Shown here: in pieces, positions 45,016 through 56,400 of the stretch
How the letters are laid out: every line of letters starts with the position of its first letter
Numbering within the stretch: position 1 is the first letter of the stretch
Virus record (IMG/VR): IMGVR_UViG_3300002161_000006
Location: 1 to 64,000 of that record
Length of the DNA: 64,000 bases
From: an uncultured virus (IMG/VR IMGVR_UViG_3300002161_000006)
Lineage: Duplodnaviria > Heunggongvirae > Uroviricota > Caudoviricetes
Strand: one strand, 5' to 3'
Made by a program: the position numbers and the translations under genes
Notes under the pieces: model-generated
Told to the model about the DNA's origin: nothing
Seen by the model: the letters and a program-made list of their open reading frames with translations, nothing else
Database searches by the model: none

Positions 45016-46548
45016 ATGTCCACTAAAAATCTATTCGGTTCCATTATAAACTACGGTGATACCCTCCCATCTTCGACGACAACTCCAGATGGAGCCATGT
45101 TCTTCAAGACTGGAACCGCGCCAGGATTTTACATCTTCTCCTACAGAGATGTTTCTGCTGATCCCGGAAATCAACTAGCATCGGGCTGGCAACTTCTAAT
45201 ATCTTCTGGTAGTGGTCTTGATGCAAATACGCTTGATGGTTTAGATAGCACTGCCTTTCAACTAGTTGACCCTACTCTTAATGCATTGGCTGCATTTAAT
45301 TCAAATGGGCTTTTGGTTCAAACAGCCGCCGATACCTTCACAAGTAGGTCAATTGCCGCTAGTGGCACAGGTCTGTCAGTATTAAATTCCAATGGAGTTT
45401 CTGGAAATCCTGAAGTTGTTTTGAACATCGATACTGCTATGGGTGGATTTACTGGCCCATTATCAGTGTCTAAAGGTGGTACCGGAAGCACATCTGTTGC
45501 AATACAGGGTGGAGTTGTTTATGGTGTAAATGGAACGCAACTTGGTTCTTCTGCTGCTGGCTCAGCATCGAGTGGTTCTGGAACAAGTCAGGTATGGCAA
45601 GTTCTTTCTTCAAATGGATCGTCTGCACCAACGTGGTTAAATGCTACTAGTCTAAATGTATCATACGCTGCCAATGCCAATTATGCAACTACAGCAGGCA
45701 GCGCAACTACAGCAGGCAGCGCAACTACTGCGGGTTCGGCAAATTATGCAACTACAGCAGGCAGCGCAACTACTGCAGGCAGCGCAACTACAGCAGGCAG
45801 CGCAAATTATGCAACTACAGCAGGCAGCGCAACTACAGCAGACAGCGCAACTACTGCAGGCAGCGCAACTACTGCAGGCAGCGCAACTACTGCGGGTTCT
45901 CTTAACCCAGGTGCTCAGATTAATGGAATAGCCTTTACAGGTGCATCAGATATAACAATTACTGCTAATACGCCAAATTCAGTCACATTTAACAATGGTG
46001 GCGCTGGCGATGCATCTGCTACAACGTTTAATGGAAGTACTGCACGCACAATTTCATACAATACATTAGGAGCGGCGCCCACAGCAAATCCTACTTTTAC
46101 TGGTGTAGTACAGTTTGCTGATGGGACAGTAGGTGCACCATCTATTGCCTTCACAAATGAACCATCTCTGGGTCTTTACAGATCAACGACAAATTCAATT
46201 GGCATTACTGGAAATGTTCTTGTTGACAACGATATTGTTGCAACCGGAAATATTACTGCATTCTCAGATAGGCGCCTAAAGGAAAATATTTCCACAATTG
46301 AAAATGCGCTTTCAAAAGTTTCACAACTTACAGGCGTTACCTATACTCGTAAGGGCACAACTCAAGTCGGCGTTGGTCTAATTGCTCAGGACGTTGAGAA
46401 AGCGATGCCCCAGGCAGTTGTGACAAATGAAGAAGGCTACCTATCAGTTGCGTATGGAAACTTAGTAGGTCTTCTAGTAGAAGCCATCAAAGAGCAGCAA
46501 GTACAGATTGCCGCGCTTCAGAGAAGGATTGACCAACTAACTGAATAA
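45016..46548 (+). CDS. tail fibre protein with C-terminal peptidase S74-type chaperone domain
   Basis: SD.RLK.NI..I.NAL.KV..L.GVT...G.IAQ.V...V.YGN.VGLL.EAIKE; repeat-rich shaft. Confidence 0.9.
   Translation: MSTKNLFGSIINYGDTLPSSTTTPDGAMFFKTGTAPGFYIFSYRDVSADPGNQLASGWQLLISSGSGLDANTLDGLDSTAFQLVDPTLNALAAFNSNGLLVQTAADTFTSRSIAASGTGLSVLNSNGVSGNPEVVLNIDTAMGGFTGPLSVSKGGTGSTSVAIQGGVVYGVNGTQLGSSAAGSASSGSGTSQVWQVLSSNGSSAPTWLNATSLNVSYAANANYATTAGSATTAGSATTAGSANYATTAGSATTAGSATTAGSANYATTAGSATTADSATTAGSATTAGSATTAGSLNPGAQINGIAFTGASDITITANTPNSVTFNNGGAGDASATTFNGSTARTISYNTLGAAPTANPTFTGVVQFADGTVGAPSIAFTNEPSLGLYRSTTNSIGITGNVLVDNDIVATGNITAFSDRRLKENISTIENALSKVSQLTGVTYTRKGTTQVGVGLIAQDVEKAMPQAVVTNEEGYLSVAYGNLVGLLVEAIKEQQVQIAALQRRIDQLTE
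45685..45900 (+). repeat. coding tandem repeat: 11 x 18 bp (ATTAGS) with two 9-bp ANY inserts
   Basis: gcaactacagcaggcagc units. Confidence 0.95.
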
Positions 46549-46551
46549 CAG

Positions 46552-47445
46552 TTAGGCAAACTTCTTAATCTCTGGCGGGATAGGGAGGTCGTTTTTCTTT
46601 AGGTCCTCTATCGCATCTTTGAAGATTACAGCGTGGTCTGGCTTCTTCATAATCTGTGACACTACCTGCTCAGCAGAAAGAAGGTCCTTTGCCTTTACAC
46701 CTTTTCCAAACATAAATGCGGCAGCTTCATCAGGCTTTAGAATTGGGTCAGCATCTTTTGAAAATGCCTGCTTTATTCCTAGTTTCTTGAGTTCGGCTTC
46801 TACCTGCTCAGGAGTTGCTGGCTTTAAACCCAATCTTCCCTTTCCGTCCTTTCGCATTGGTGCAACGCGATATAGACGTTCAAGTCCTGCATCCATCTTG
46901 AAGCCACGCCGAACTCGAATAAGTTCCTCGCCAGTCTTTTCATCCTTGATTGCGATGTCTTTTCCTTGCTCAAAGATATGCTTCATCAAATTCACAAGAA
47001 GAAAGTTTCTGACAACTCCCTTGTATTGGCTGTCTAGTGCTGAATGATACCCAAACTTTGCCCATTCTATAGAAGGCACAAACATTAAATCGACCTGCAC
47101 GCGCTTTTCACCAACCGTCTTTACTGGAAAAGAAAACACGTTTCCACCAGTCATCTTTGGCTTATCAACTCCCGTGGCTACCTTCATCTTTTCTACTAAG
47201 ACATCTCTATCATATGCACCATCTTCTATGGCTAAATCGACATCTCCGCTGTCCTTTCTCTTTCCCTTCAGAGTATGCTCAGTGGAGCCAAGCAGGCTCT
47301 GCTCAAGAGTAGAGTACGGAATTCCAATTGTTTTTTCAACAAACTGCAGAGCCAGTTTTACGTCCTGCTGATTTGCGCGGCTTGTTTCAAAACTGGCGGT
47401 GGCTGCGCCACCCTCAAGAAGAAACTGTTTGAATGTTACAGTCAT
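46552..47445 (-). CDS. Pol-beta-superfamily nucleotidyltransferase with capsid-targeting-like N-terminus
   Basis: LGS....DSGDVDLAI (GS..DxD) and VQVDLMF third Asp; MTVTFKQFLLE start. Confidence 0.75.
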   Translation of the reverse strand: MTVTFKQFLLEGGAATASFETSRANQQDVKLALQFVEKTIGIPYSTLEQSLLGSTEHTLKGKRKDSGDVDLAIEDGAYDRDVLVEKMKVATGVDKPKMTGGNVFSFPVKTVGEKRVQVDLMFVPSIEWAKFGYHSALDSQYKGVVRNFLLVNLMKHIFEQGKDIAIKDEKTGEELIRVRRGFKMDAGLERLYRVAPMRKDGKGRLGLKPATPEQVEAELKKLGIKQAFSKDADPILKPDEAAAFMFGKGVKAKDLLSAEQVVSQIMKKPDHAVIFKDAIEDLKKNDLPIPPEIKKFA

Positions 47446-47750
47446 GGCATTCCTATAAGTTCTCTTGTATCCAACTTGTACTTTTTGCGGATGTCAGCAG
47501 ACAGTTCATCTACCGCAAAATCAGAATATGCCATTCCTGGGTGCCAATTTTTTCGTAGCGGTTCCCACTTTTTGAAGAAGAGTTCCATCGTATCTCTGTC
47601 CATAACAGCCCAATCTACCTCATCCTTGAATAGTCGCATCACTTCTTTTGCCTGGTCCTTGGTTGCACCAAGTTCCTTCATAAAGGCAAGCAAAAATGGT
47701 AGTTCTTCTAAACTGCTTTCCATAAACTGCTTAAAGGTAATTTTGCTCAT
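47442..47750 (-). CDS. small probable internal head protein
   Basis: MSKITFKQFME start. Confidence 0.7.
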   Translation of the reverse strand: MSKITFKQFMESSLEELPFLLAFMKELGATKDQAKEVMRLFKDEVDWAVMDRDTMELFFKKWEPLRKNWHPGMAYSDFAVDELSADIRKKYKLDTRELIGMP

Positions 47751-47878
47751 TAGTCTTTTTCTTTCTCACGGCGACCGATGTTTGCTTTACGAAGCTCTGT
47801 TGACAGTTGTCCGAGCATCCAACGTTCTGAATTGCGCGTAAAACCCGTAGCAACTGCATTTGGCATCTTCTCTGTCAT
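47750..47878 (-). CDS. 42-aa peptide
   Basis: MTEKMPNAVATGFTRNSERWMLGQLSTELRKANIGRREKEKD; TAATG coupling to the next gene. Confidence 0.45.
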   Translation of the reverse strand: MTEKMPNAVATGFTRNSERWMLGQLSTELRKANIGRREKEKD

Positions 47879-47949
47879 TTCATCAACTATATTTATGTCA
47901 CCAGACTTCTAATTAAATAAATACTATCTAAGATTGTTGGAGAAAATCC

Positions 47950-50427
47950 TTGAAATTTCACGGTATTACCCTAGAACAAGGAAGCGCCATCTCAAATATG
48001 ACGCTTGATTCTGGGAATAGTTTCCCAGCACTGCCAGATGAAGGTGAATTGTTTTTTCGTTCTGATGCAGACCAGACAGTAAAGGGTCTCTATCTTTATA
48101 TTGCCGGCAGTTGGCTAAAAATTGCCAATCCTTATGCCGTCACTATTCCAAAGGGAGAAACTCTACCTGTCGCTGGCATAGAAGGTGATCTTTTCTATCT
48201 AAACTCAAACACTGCAACAGAAGGACTTTATCTTTTTAAAGATAGCGGTTGGGTTAATATCACATCTGGATCTGCGCCGTCATTCATCGTCACCGGTGAT
48301 GTAAGTGGTACTATAGATGGTGGTACAGATGCACTTACACTTGCAACAGTTAATTCAAATGTGGGTTCATTTGGATCTACTACCCAGGCTGGAACATTCA
48401 CTGTAAATGCAAAGGGTCTTATAACTGCGGCAGGAAGTACTACGATAACGCCTGCTTGGTCATCTATAACCAGTAAACCAACTACATTATCTGGTTTTGG
48501 AATTACAGACGCACAGCCACAAGATGCAGATCTGACGTCAATTGCTGGTTTAGCAGGAACATCTGGCTTCCTAAAGAAAACTGCTGCTGATACCTGGTCA
48601 CTTGATACAAACACCTATCTAACTGCAAACCAAACAATTACGGTTTCTGGAGATGCAACAGGTTCTGGTACTACGGCAATTGCTCTTACACTAGCAAGTA
48701 GTGGAGTAACGGCANATACCTATAGATCAGTAACTGTTGATGTGAAGGGACGGGTAACAGCAGGAACAAACCCAACAACGTTATCAGGATATGGGATTAC
48801 TGACGCGCAGCCACTAGATGCAGATCTGACGTCAATTGCTGGTTTGGTAGGCACCTCCGGCTTCCTAAAGAAAACTGCCGCTGATACCTGGTTACTTGAT
48901 ACAAACACCTATCTAACTGCAAACCAAACAATTACGCTGTCAGGTGATATTACTGGAAGTGGTACTACTGCAATAACGGCAACCCTGGCAAATAGCGGAG
49001 TAACGGCTGGTACATACAGGTCAGTAACTGTTGATGTGAAGGGACGGGTAACAGCAGGAACAAACCCAACAACTCTTGCTGGTTATGGAATTACCGATGC
49101 TGTAGCCAAGGCTGGTGATTTAATGACTGGTGCTCTTGGAATTATAGCGGGAAGTGCGGCGGCGCCTGGGCTCTACTTTAGTGGTGATGTTAATACGGGA
49201 TTATTTTCACCTACAGCAGAAACAGTGGCAATTACCACAAATAGTGCAGAAATTGCCAGATTTACAACAAGTGCGCTATTAGTAGGTCTAACATCAACAG
49301 TTACCGGTACTTCAGCAGGCACAGCAAAGATTCAGGCAACAGGTGTATCAAATTACCTCGCGCACTATGCTGCTGACAGTGCTAATCCAGCAATTTTCAC
49401 ATTTGCGAAGGCAAGGTCTGGGGGTGTTGCGGTAGATACTGCAAATGGTGGAATTGGTGAAATAAGATTTGACGCGTGGGACGGTTCTGCCTGGATAAGA
49501 TCTGCGATGATTGCAGGTGCTGTTGATGGCACTGTTTCAACTGGAAATATTCCATCGCTCATTAGATTTGCCACAATGCCTGCGGGAGGAACGCTCACTG
49601 AACGCTTTAGAATTGCAAGCACAGGTGCCTGGGGCGTAAATGGTGCTAGTTATGGAAGTTCTGGTCAGGTACTAACATCTAATGGTTCAACTTCTTCACC
49701 AACTTGGCAAACACCTGTCGCAGGAACAGTAACATCAGTTGCGGCTACAGCACCAGCAGCCGGATTTACTATTTCAGGCTCCCCAATTACTTCAAGTGGC
49801 ACACTTACTTTTGCATTAGCAAATGACCTTTCGGGTGTTGAAAGTTTGTCAGGTACAGGGCTTGCAGCACGTACAGCAGTAGATACCTGGACAACACGGT
49901 CAATTACTGTATCAGGCACAGGGTTATCAATAACTGATGGAAATGCTGTAGCCGGCAACCCAACAATTACAAGTAATGCAACAAGTGCAAACACTGTATC
50001 TACTATCGTTGCACGTGATGCTTCAGGAAACTTCTCTGCTGGCACAATTACTGCAGCGCTCAGTGGAAATGCGACAACTGCTACAAGCATTTCAGACGCT
50101 CCGCAACTTTCGCAGGCAACAACGGTAACTGCTGTAAATGGTTTAACTCAGACAGCAGTATCTACTGTTGCAACTTCTGCTGCAAGAACTATAAAGTACC
50201 TTGCACAAATTCACGATACAACGAACAGTCACTATCACGCCGTGGAAATTTTGGTTATCCACAACGGCACGACTGTTTGGAAAACAGAATATGCTGAAGT
50301 AGTCTCAAACGCTACTTTAGGAACTTTTGATGCTGACATTTCAGGCGCAAATGTTAGGCTATTATTCACTGCAACTGCTACAACAAACAAAAATGTGACA
50401 GTATATCGCACAGTAATCACTCCTTAA
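47950..50427 (+). CDS. tail fibre/virion protein
   Basis: VTVD.KGRVT.G..PTTL.GYGITDA fibre repeats; GGAG RBS with TTG start. Confidence 0.88.
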   Translation: MKFHGITLEQGSAISNMTLDSGNSFPALPDEGELFFRSDADQTVKGLYLYIAGSWLKIANPYAVTIPKGETLPVAGIEGDLFYLNSNTATEGLYLFKDSGWVNITSGSAPSFIVTGDVSGTIDGGTDALTLATVNSNVGSFGSTTQAGTFTVNAKGLITAAGSTTITPAWSSITSKPTTLSGFGITDAQPQDADLTSIAGLAGTSGFLKKTAADTWSLDTNTYLTANQTITVSGDATGSGTTAIALTLASSGVTAXTYRSVTVDVKGRVTAGTNPTTLSGYGITDAQPLDADLTSIAGLVGTSGFLKKTAADTWLLDTNTYLTANQTITLSGDITGSGTTAITATLANSGVTAGTYRSVTVDVKGRVTAGTNPTTLAGYGITDAVAKAGDLMTGALGIIAGSAAAPGLYFSGDVNTGLFSPTAETVAITTNSAEIARFTTSALLVGLTSTVTGTSAGTAKIQATGVSNYLAHYAADSANPAIFTFAKARSGGVAVDTANGGIGEIRFDAWDGSAWIRSAMIAGAVDGTVSTGNIPSLIRFATMPAGGTLTERFRIASTGAWGVNGASYGSSGQVLTSNGSTSSPTWQTPVAGTVTSVAATAPAAGFTISGSPITSSGTLTFALANDLSGVESLSGTGLAARTAVDTWTTRSITVSGTGLSITDGNAVAGNPTITSNATSANTVSTIVARDASGNFSAGTITAALSGNATTATSISDAPQLSQATTVTAVNGLTQTAVSTVATSAARTIKYLAQIHDTTNSHYHAVEILVIHNGTTVWKTEYAEVVSNATLGTFDADISGANVRLLFTATATTNKNVTVYRTVITP

Positions 50428-50461
50428 TATAAAGCCAATCTGACGGAAAGGGAAGTCAATT

Positions 50462-53400
50462 ATGGCAGTCAATCGTAAGTTTGTCGTCAAGCACGGCTTA
50501 GATGCAAACGCAATATCAATAGATAATCTTGGCGCATTAGGCTCAACGTTTGGTTTAGCCGGTGGTCATACATTAACACTTAGTACTACTAACACAACTT
50601 CTGTTACACTGCCAACTTCTGGGACACTAGCAACAACTGCTGATCTTGGTGGGTATCAACCACTTGATGCTGACCTAACGTCAATTGCAGGTCTTGCCGG
50701 AACGTCAGGATTTCTAAAGAAAACGGCAGCAAATTCCTGGTCTCTTGATACAAATACATATCTCACAGGCAATCAGACAATAACTTTTTCTGGCGATGCA
50801 ACAGGTTCTGGCACTACAGCAGTTGCACTTACGTTAGCCAACAGCGGTGTGACTGCTAGTACATACAAATCGGTGACGGTTGATGTGAAGGGACGGGTAA
50901 CGGCAGGAACAAACCCAACAACTCTTGCTGGTTATGGAATTTCCGATGCACAGCCACTAGATGCAGACCTTACAGCGATTGCTGGTCTTGCAGGCACATC
51001 TGGATTTCTAAAGAAAACGGCAGCAGATGCCTGGGTGCTTGACACAAACACATATCTAACTGCAAACCAAAGCATCACTATTTCGGGTGATGTAAGTGGA
51101 ACAGGAACTACCGCCATAACGACAACACTGGCAAATAGCGGAGTATCTGCTGCTTCATATGGTTCTGCTTCTCAGGTTGCAACATTCACCGTAGATGCAA
51201 AGGGCAGGCTAACAACTGCTGCTAGTACCTCTATTGCAATTACAACTTCACAAGTAACCTCTGGAACATTTGCAGATGCACGAATTGCTGCTTCAAATGT
51301 AACTCAGCACCAAGCGTCACTTTCAATTGCAGAAACGCAGATCACAGATGGAACACTTCTTGCACGATTAGGTTCAAATGAAACTGTGACAGGAACTTGG
51401 TCATTCAGTAATCCAGTTTCTGGTGCTACACCTACAACAGACAGTCACTTAGCAACCAAGCAGTATGTAGATAATCTATCAACTGGCTTGGATATGAAGC
51501 AGTCAGTTCGTGCTGCTACTACTGGTCCAATTACACTCAGCGGAACACAGACTATCGATGGAGTTGCAGTTGTTGCTGGTGATAGAGTACTTGTAAAGGA
51601 CCAAGGCACTGCTTCTCAGAATGGTATTTATGTTGTTGCTGCAGGCGCTTGGTCACGTTCAACTGATACAGATGGAAATCCAGCAGCAGAGGTAACTTCT
51701 GGGCTTTATACATTTGTTACTGAAGGCACAGTAAATGCAGACACTGGCTGGGTTCTTGCAACAAATGACCCAATAACGCTGAACACAACTGGCCTAACAT
51801 TTGTTCAATTCACTGGTCTTGGTCAAATAACTGCAGGCGACGGTCTAACAAAAACTGGATCTACTCTAAATGTTGTAACGGCATCTGCAGCAAGAATTGT
51901 TGTCAATCCTGACAGCATTGATCTTGCAACTGCTGGAACTGCTGGAACATATCGTTCAGTAACAACAGATGCATATGGGCGTGTGACTGCTGGTACTAAC
52001 CCAACAACTCTATCCGGTTATGCAATTTCTGATGCCCAGCCTCTCGATGCTGACTTAACAGCACTTGCTGCTCTATCTGGCACAGGCTTTGCTGTAAGAA
52101 CTGCTGCAAATACTTGGGCACAAAGAGATATTGCAGTTTCGGGTAACGGTCTTTCTATCACGAATGGCACAGGCATTTCTGGAAATCCAACAGTTACCAG
52201 CAATGCAACGAACGCAAACACCGCATCAACTATTGTTTTTAGAGATGCTTCTGGCAATTTTTCTGCTGGTACGATCACCGCGTCTTTAAGTGGTAATGCT
52301 ACAACAGCAACAACGGCAACTGTAGCAAACTCAATTTCTGTTCCTGATACAAGAAACGTCACAACAACCCCAGAAACAATAAATCAAAGTGTTGTTTTTG
52401 ATTTTAAGGCAAACACCAGCAATGCGCTGTCTGATGGTGGAACATACCACGGGCTAATGACATTTAGACAGTGGGGTAGCACTACTGACTGGTCTGGAGG
52501 TAGAAGTCACCAGTTAGGATTTACTGACAATGATAATGTGTGGCATCGAAGTGGCACTTCAACTACCTGGGGAACTTGGTATAAACTATGGCACTCTGGA
52601 AATGATGGAAGTGGTAGTGGTCTTGATGCTGACCTACTTGATGGGCTTGAACTTCATACTGGAAGAAATAATGAAGTCAATAAAGTTGTAAGAACAGATG
52701 CAAGCGGTTATCTCCAAACAGGTTGGATTAACACCACCAGCGGTGATAATGGCACAACAGCAATTGACCGTGTTTATGCCTCAAGTGATGGCTACATTAG
52801 GTACTATACTCCAACAAACTTTAGAACTGTTCTAGATGTTCCAACGCGCACGGGCGGAAGTGCTTCTGGTACTTGGTCAATCAGTGTTACTGGGAATGCA
52901 GGCACAGCAACAACTCTGCAAACAGCAAGAACCATTAATGGCATTTCATTCAATGGTTCCGCAGATGTTGTAGTACCTTCAGACTGGCTGCACAGCGGAA
53001 GAGACTTTCCACTTGGCACTTTAGTTCAAACAACAATTGACTATTCTGTAACAAATGGCGATCCTTGGGTTCTTGAGATCCGTGGTAACGCGTATGGTTC
53101 AATTGTACCATTTGAAATTCAGTACCAGGGGTACATCTACTCAGATACGATCATAAATCACGGTGGATATTCAGTCGGTACCACGCTAACAGGACTAGTT
53201 GTCTTCAACTATGGTGGAAAACTGTGCTTCTGGTGGCCAAATCAGTCATACTGGCACGGGTACAATGTTCGTGTTTATACGACATACAGCGGGTATAAAC
53301 CAAATACTGTTACGACCATAACGAATGAAGCGAAGCCTGTAAGCATAACAAAGGAAGTTGCTCTTTCATCTGGAATTAGACAGGTACTGCGCTCTGACAA

Positions 53401-56400
53401 CTACAACTCGTATGCACCTACTCTAACTGGTACAGGCGCATCAGGAACGTGGGGCATCAGTATTTCTGGAAATGCTGCGACTGCAACAACGTTACAGACA
53501 GCAAGAACCATCAATGGAACATCATTCAACGGTTCAGCCAATATTACGATTACGGCAAATACACCCAACTCGCTGACCTTCAATAATGGTGGTGCTGGTG
53601 GTGCATCTGGATCTACCTTCAACGGTGGCTCAGCACTTACCGTTTCCTACAATACAGTCGGTGCTCCATCTACAACAGGCACTAATGCATCTGGTACGTG
53701 GGGAATTAACATTACTGGAAATGCTGCGACAGCATCTGCATCTTCTACATCAAACACTATGCGTGTTGCAGATGGAACAGGATGGTTAGGTGCTGGTTCA
53801 AGCATTTCTACATCTGGCGGTAGAGCAGTTGATCTTGCGCCAAATACATTTTCAAATGGCATATTCTTTGAATTTAAAAACAGCGGCTCTTTTTCAGGTC
53901 TCGGAAACTATGCTGGTCTAATCACGATAGCGCCTTGGTTAGGAACTACTGCATCGACTGGAGATCCAAACTATCAACTTATATTTTCGCCTGCTGCTGT
54001 TAATAGTACCTCTGCACCCACAGTTCGAGTTCGTGCTGGTATTGATACTGCCTGGGGTTCTTGGTCAACTCTACTTCATAGTTCAAACTACAACTCATAT
54101 GCACCCACTCTAACTGGTGGAGGTGCTTCAGGTACGTGGGGTATCAACATTACTGGTGATGCAGGCACTGTAGATGGCTTTAGTGCACAAATAGCGCAGG
54201 CTGCGGGTACAATCCCAGTGCGTGATGGTTCTGGATATACCTACTTCAACTACATTAACTCAAATACTGGTAATGCTGAAAATCCAACAGTTAGCCAGGT
54301 AATTGTCACAAATGGTTCAGACGGCTTCTATAGAAAAGCGTCAATTGCCCATCTTACATCATCACTGTCTGGAACTGCCTCAAGTTTAACGGCTGGTGCT
54401 GTTACAGGCATAACTAATGGCACATACACTGGCGACTTAAATGCGCTCACAACATCAGGTTTTTACCGTATTAACAATGGGCAGGCAAATTCTCCAAGTG
54501 ATTATGCTCAGGTACTGGTAATTCACGGTTCCTCTGATACAATCACACAAATTGCTGGAGCATATTCAACTGGTACGCTTTTAACACGGTCTGGAAATCC
54601 ATCAAACGTTGGTGGCGGTGGAGCGTGGTCTGCATGGCGAACTGTTCTCGCTGACCATAACTACAATACATATGCACCTACTCTAACCGGTACAGGTGCT
54701 TCTGGTACCTGGTCAATCAACGTAACTGGTAATGCAGGTACAGCAACAACGTTGCAAACTGCACGCACAATAAATGGTGTTTCATTTAACGGTTCTGCCA
54801 ATATTACGATTACCGCAAATACACCAAGTTCGTTGACCTTCAATAATGGTGGATCTGGTGGCGCATCTGGATCTACCTTCAACGGAGGCTCAGCCCTTAC
54901 TGTTTCATATAACACAGTCGGTGCTCCATCTACAACTGGCACGAATGCATCTGGTACTTGGGGCATCAATATTACTGGTGATGCAGGCACAGTAGATGGG
55001 TTCTCAGCATCGCAATCGATAACCGCGAACCACATTGTCGTTCGCGATGTAAACGGGTATATCTTCGGTAACTACATCAATATGACCGATGAAGGTACGT
55101 CTGGTACAGCAGGTACGATCACTGGCATCATTGCAAAGCGTGGCGACAACTACTATCGGAACACAAACGCTGCTTCAGTTGCAGCGTTCATCTCTGGACA
55201 AAACTTTAACACTACAGGAAATGCTGCGACAGCAACTAATGCAACGAATGCAACGAATGCAACGAATGCAACGAATGCAACTGTCGGGCTAGCAACAAGC
55301 CGCTCAGGGAACTGGAATACTGACTTCTCTGCAACTACTTCAAATACACAGAACTGGGGTGAAACGAGTAGTGGTGGACCATCGGGTTCATGGTACTTCC
55401 AAGAGAATATGCGTCACTCAAACAGCTCTAACGTTTGGGGTCGTCAAAACGCTTGGGGCTGGGAAGATAACGCAAACGAACTGTACTCTCGGAATGTCTC
55501 GGGTGGCACGTGGAGTAGTTGGGTTCGGTTCTTGAACTCTGCGAACTACAACTCATATGCACCCACTCTAACAGGAACTGGTGCTTCTGGTACATGGGGT
55601 ATCAGCATTACAGGTAGGGCATATCCACGCCGCTCTGATGGTGGTGATCTAAACTTCTTCTGGAGTGGTCAGAGCGGACAACCAACTTGGCTGTGGGGTG
55701 GTACAGATGGTACTAATATGTACGTCTATAACCCATCAAACTTTAGTGTAAATTATGCAACATCGGCAGGGTCAGTTGGCAGCAGCATTACCTTCAACAA
55801 CGGTGGAGGTGGAGGTGGATCAGGTTCTACCTACAACGGTGGCTCAGCACTTACCGTTTCCTACAATACAGTTGGTGCACCATCTACAACTGGCACGAAT
55901 GCATCTGGTACTTGGGGCATCAATATTACTGGAAATGCTGCTACTTCAAGCAATACTTCTAGCATCTCAAGCGCTGTAGGTGGCGGATATACCTGGACAG
56001 GGCTTCAGCAGTTTAGAAGTAGTGCTGCAGTAGGAACTGCAGGGAGGTCAGGTGCATTTGAAGCGTTTACGCCAGGTAATGCAAGTGATGCTGCAACTAT
56101 GTCATTCCACCGTGCTGGTTATTACGCCATAAATATGGGTCTTGACAGCGATAACGTATTCAGGCTAGGTGGTTGGTCTGATGGTGGTAGTACCTACCGC
56201 CTTGCTGTCTCTTCTACTACTCTATCAGCACACAGATACGGTGGATTGTCAGTTTCTGGATCTTCCTACGGATCAATAAGAGTCGATGGTACTACAAACA
56301 GTTACGCGGGCACCTACTACGCAGATGCTTCCGGTTCTGTTGGTGGTATGTTTGATACCTCCGGAAACGGTGGTGACTATGATTCTACAACTGGGTGGCA

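Noticed and set aside
45685..45900. Regular repeats resembling a CRISPR array
   Set aside because: No unique spacers; in-frame coding repeat within a fibre gene; no cas genes
39179..48715. Ambiguous N bases at 39179, 43127, 43142 and 48715
   Set aside because: Single-base ambiguities that keep the frame; likely assembly or population variants, not evidence of pseudogenes
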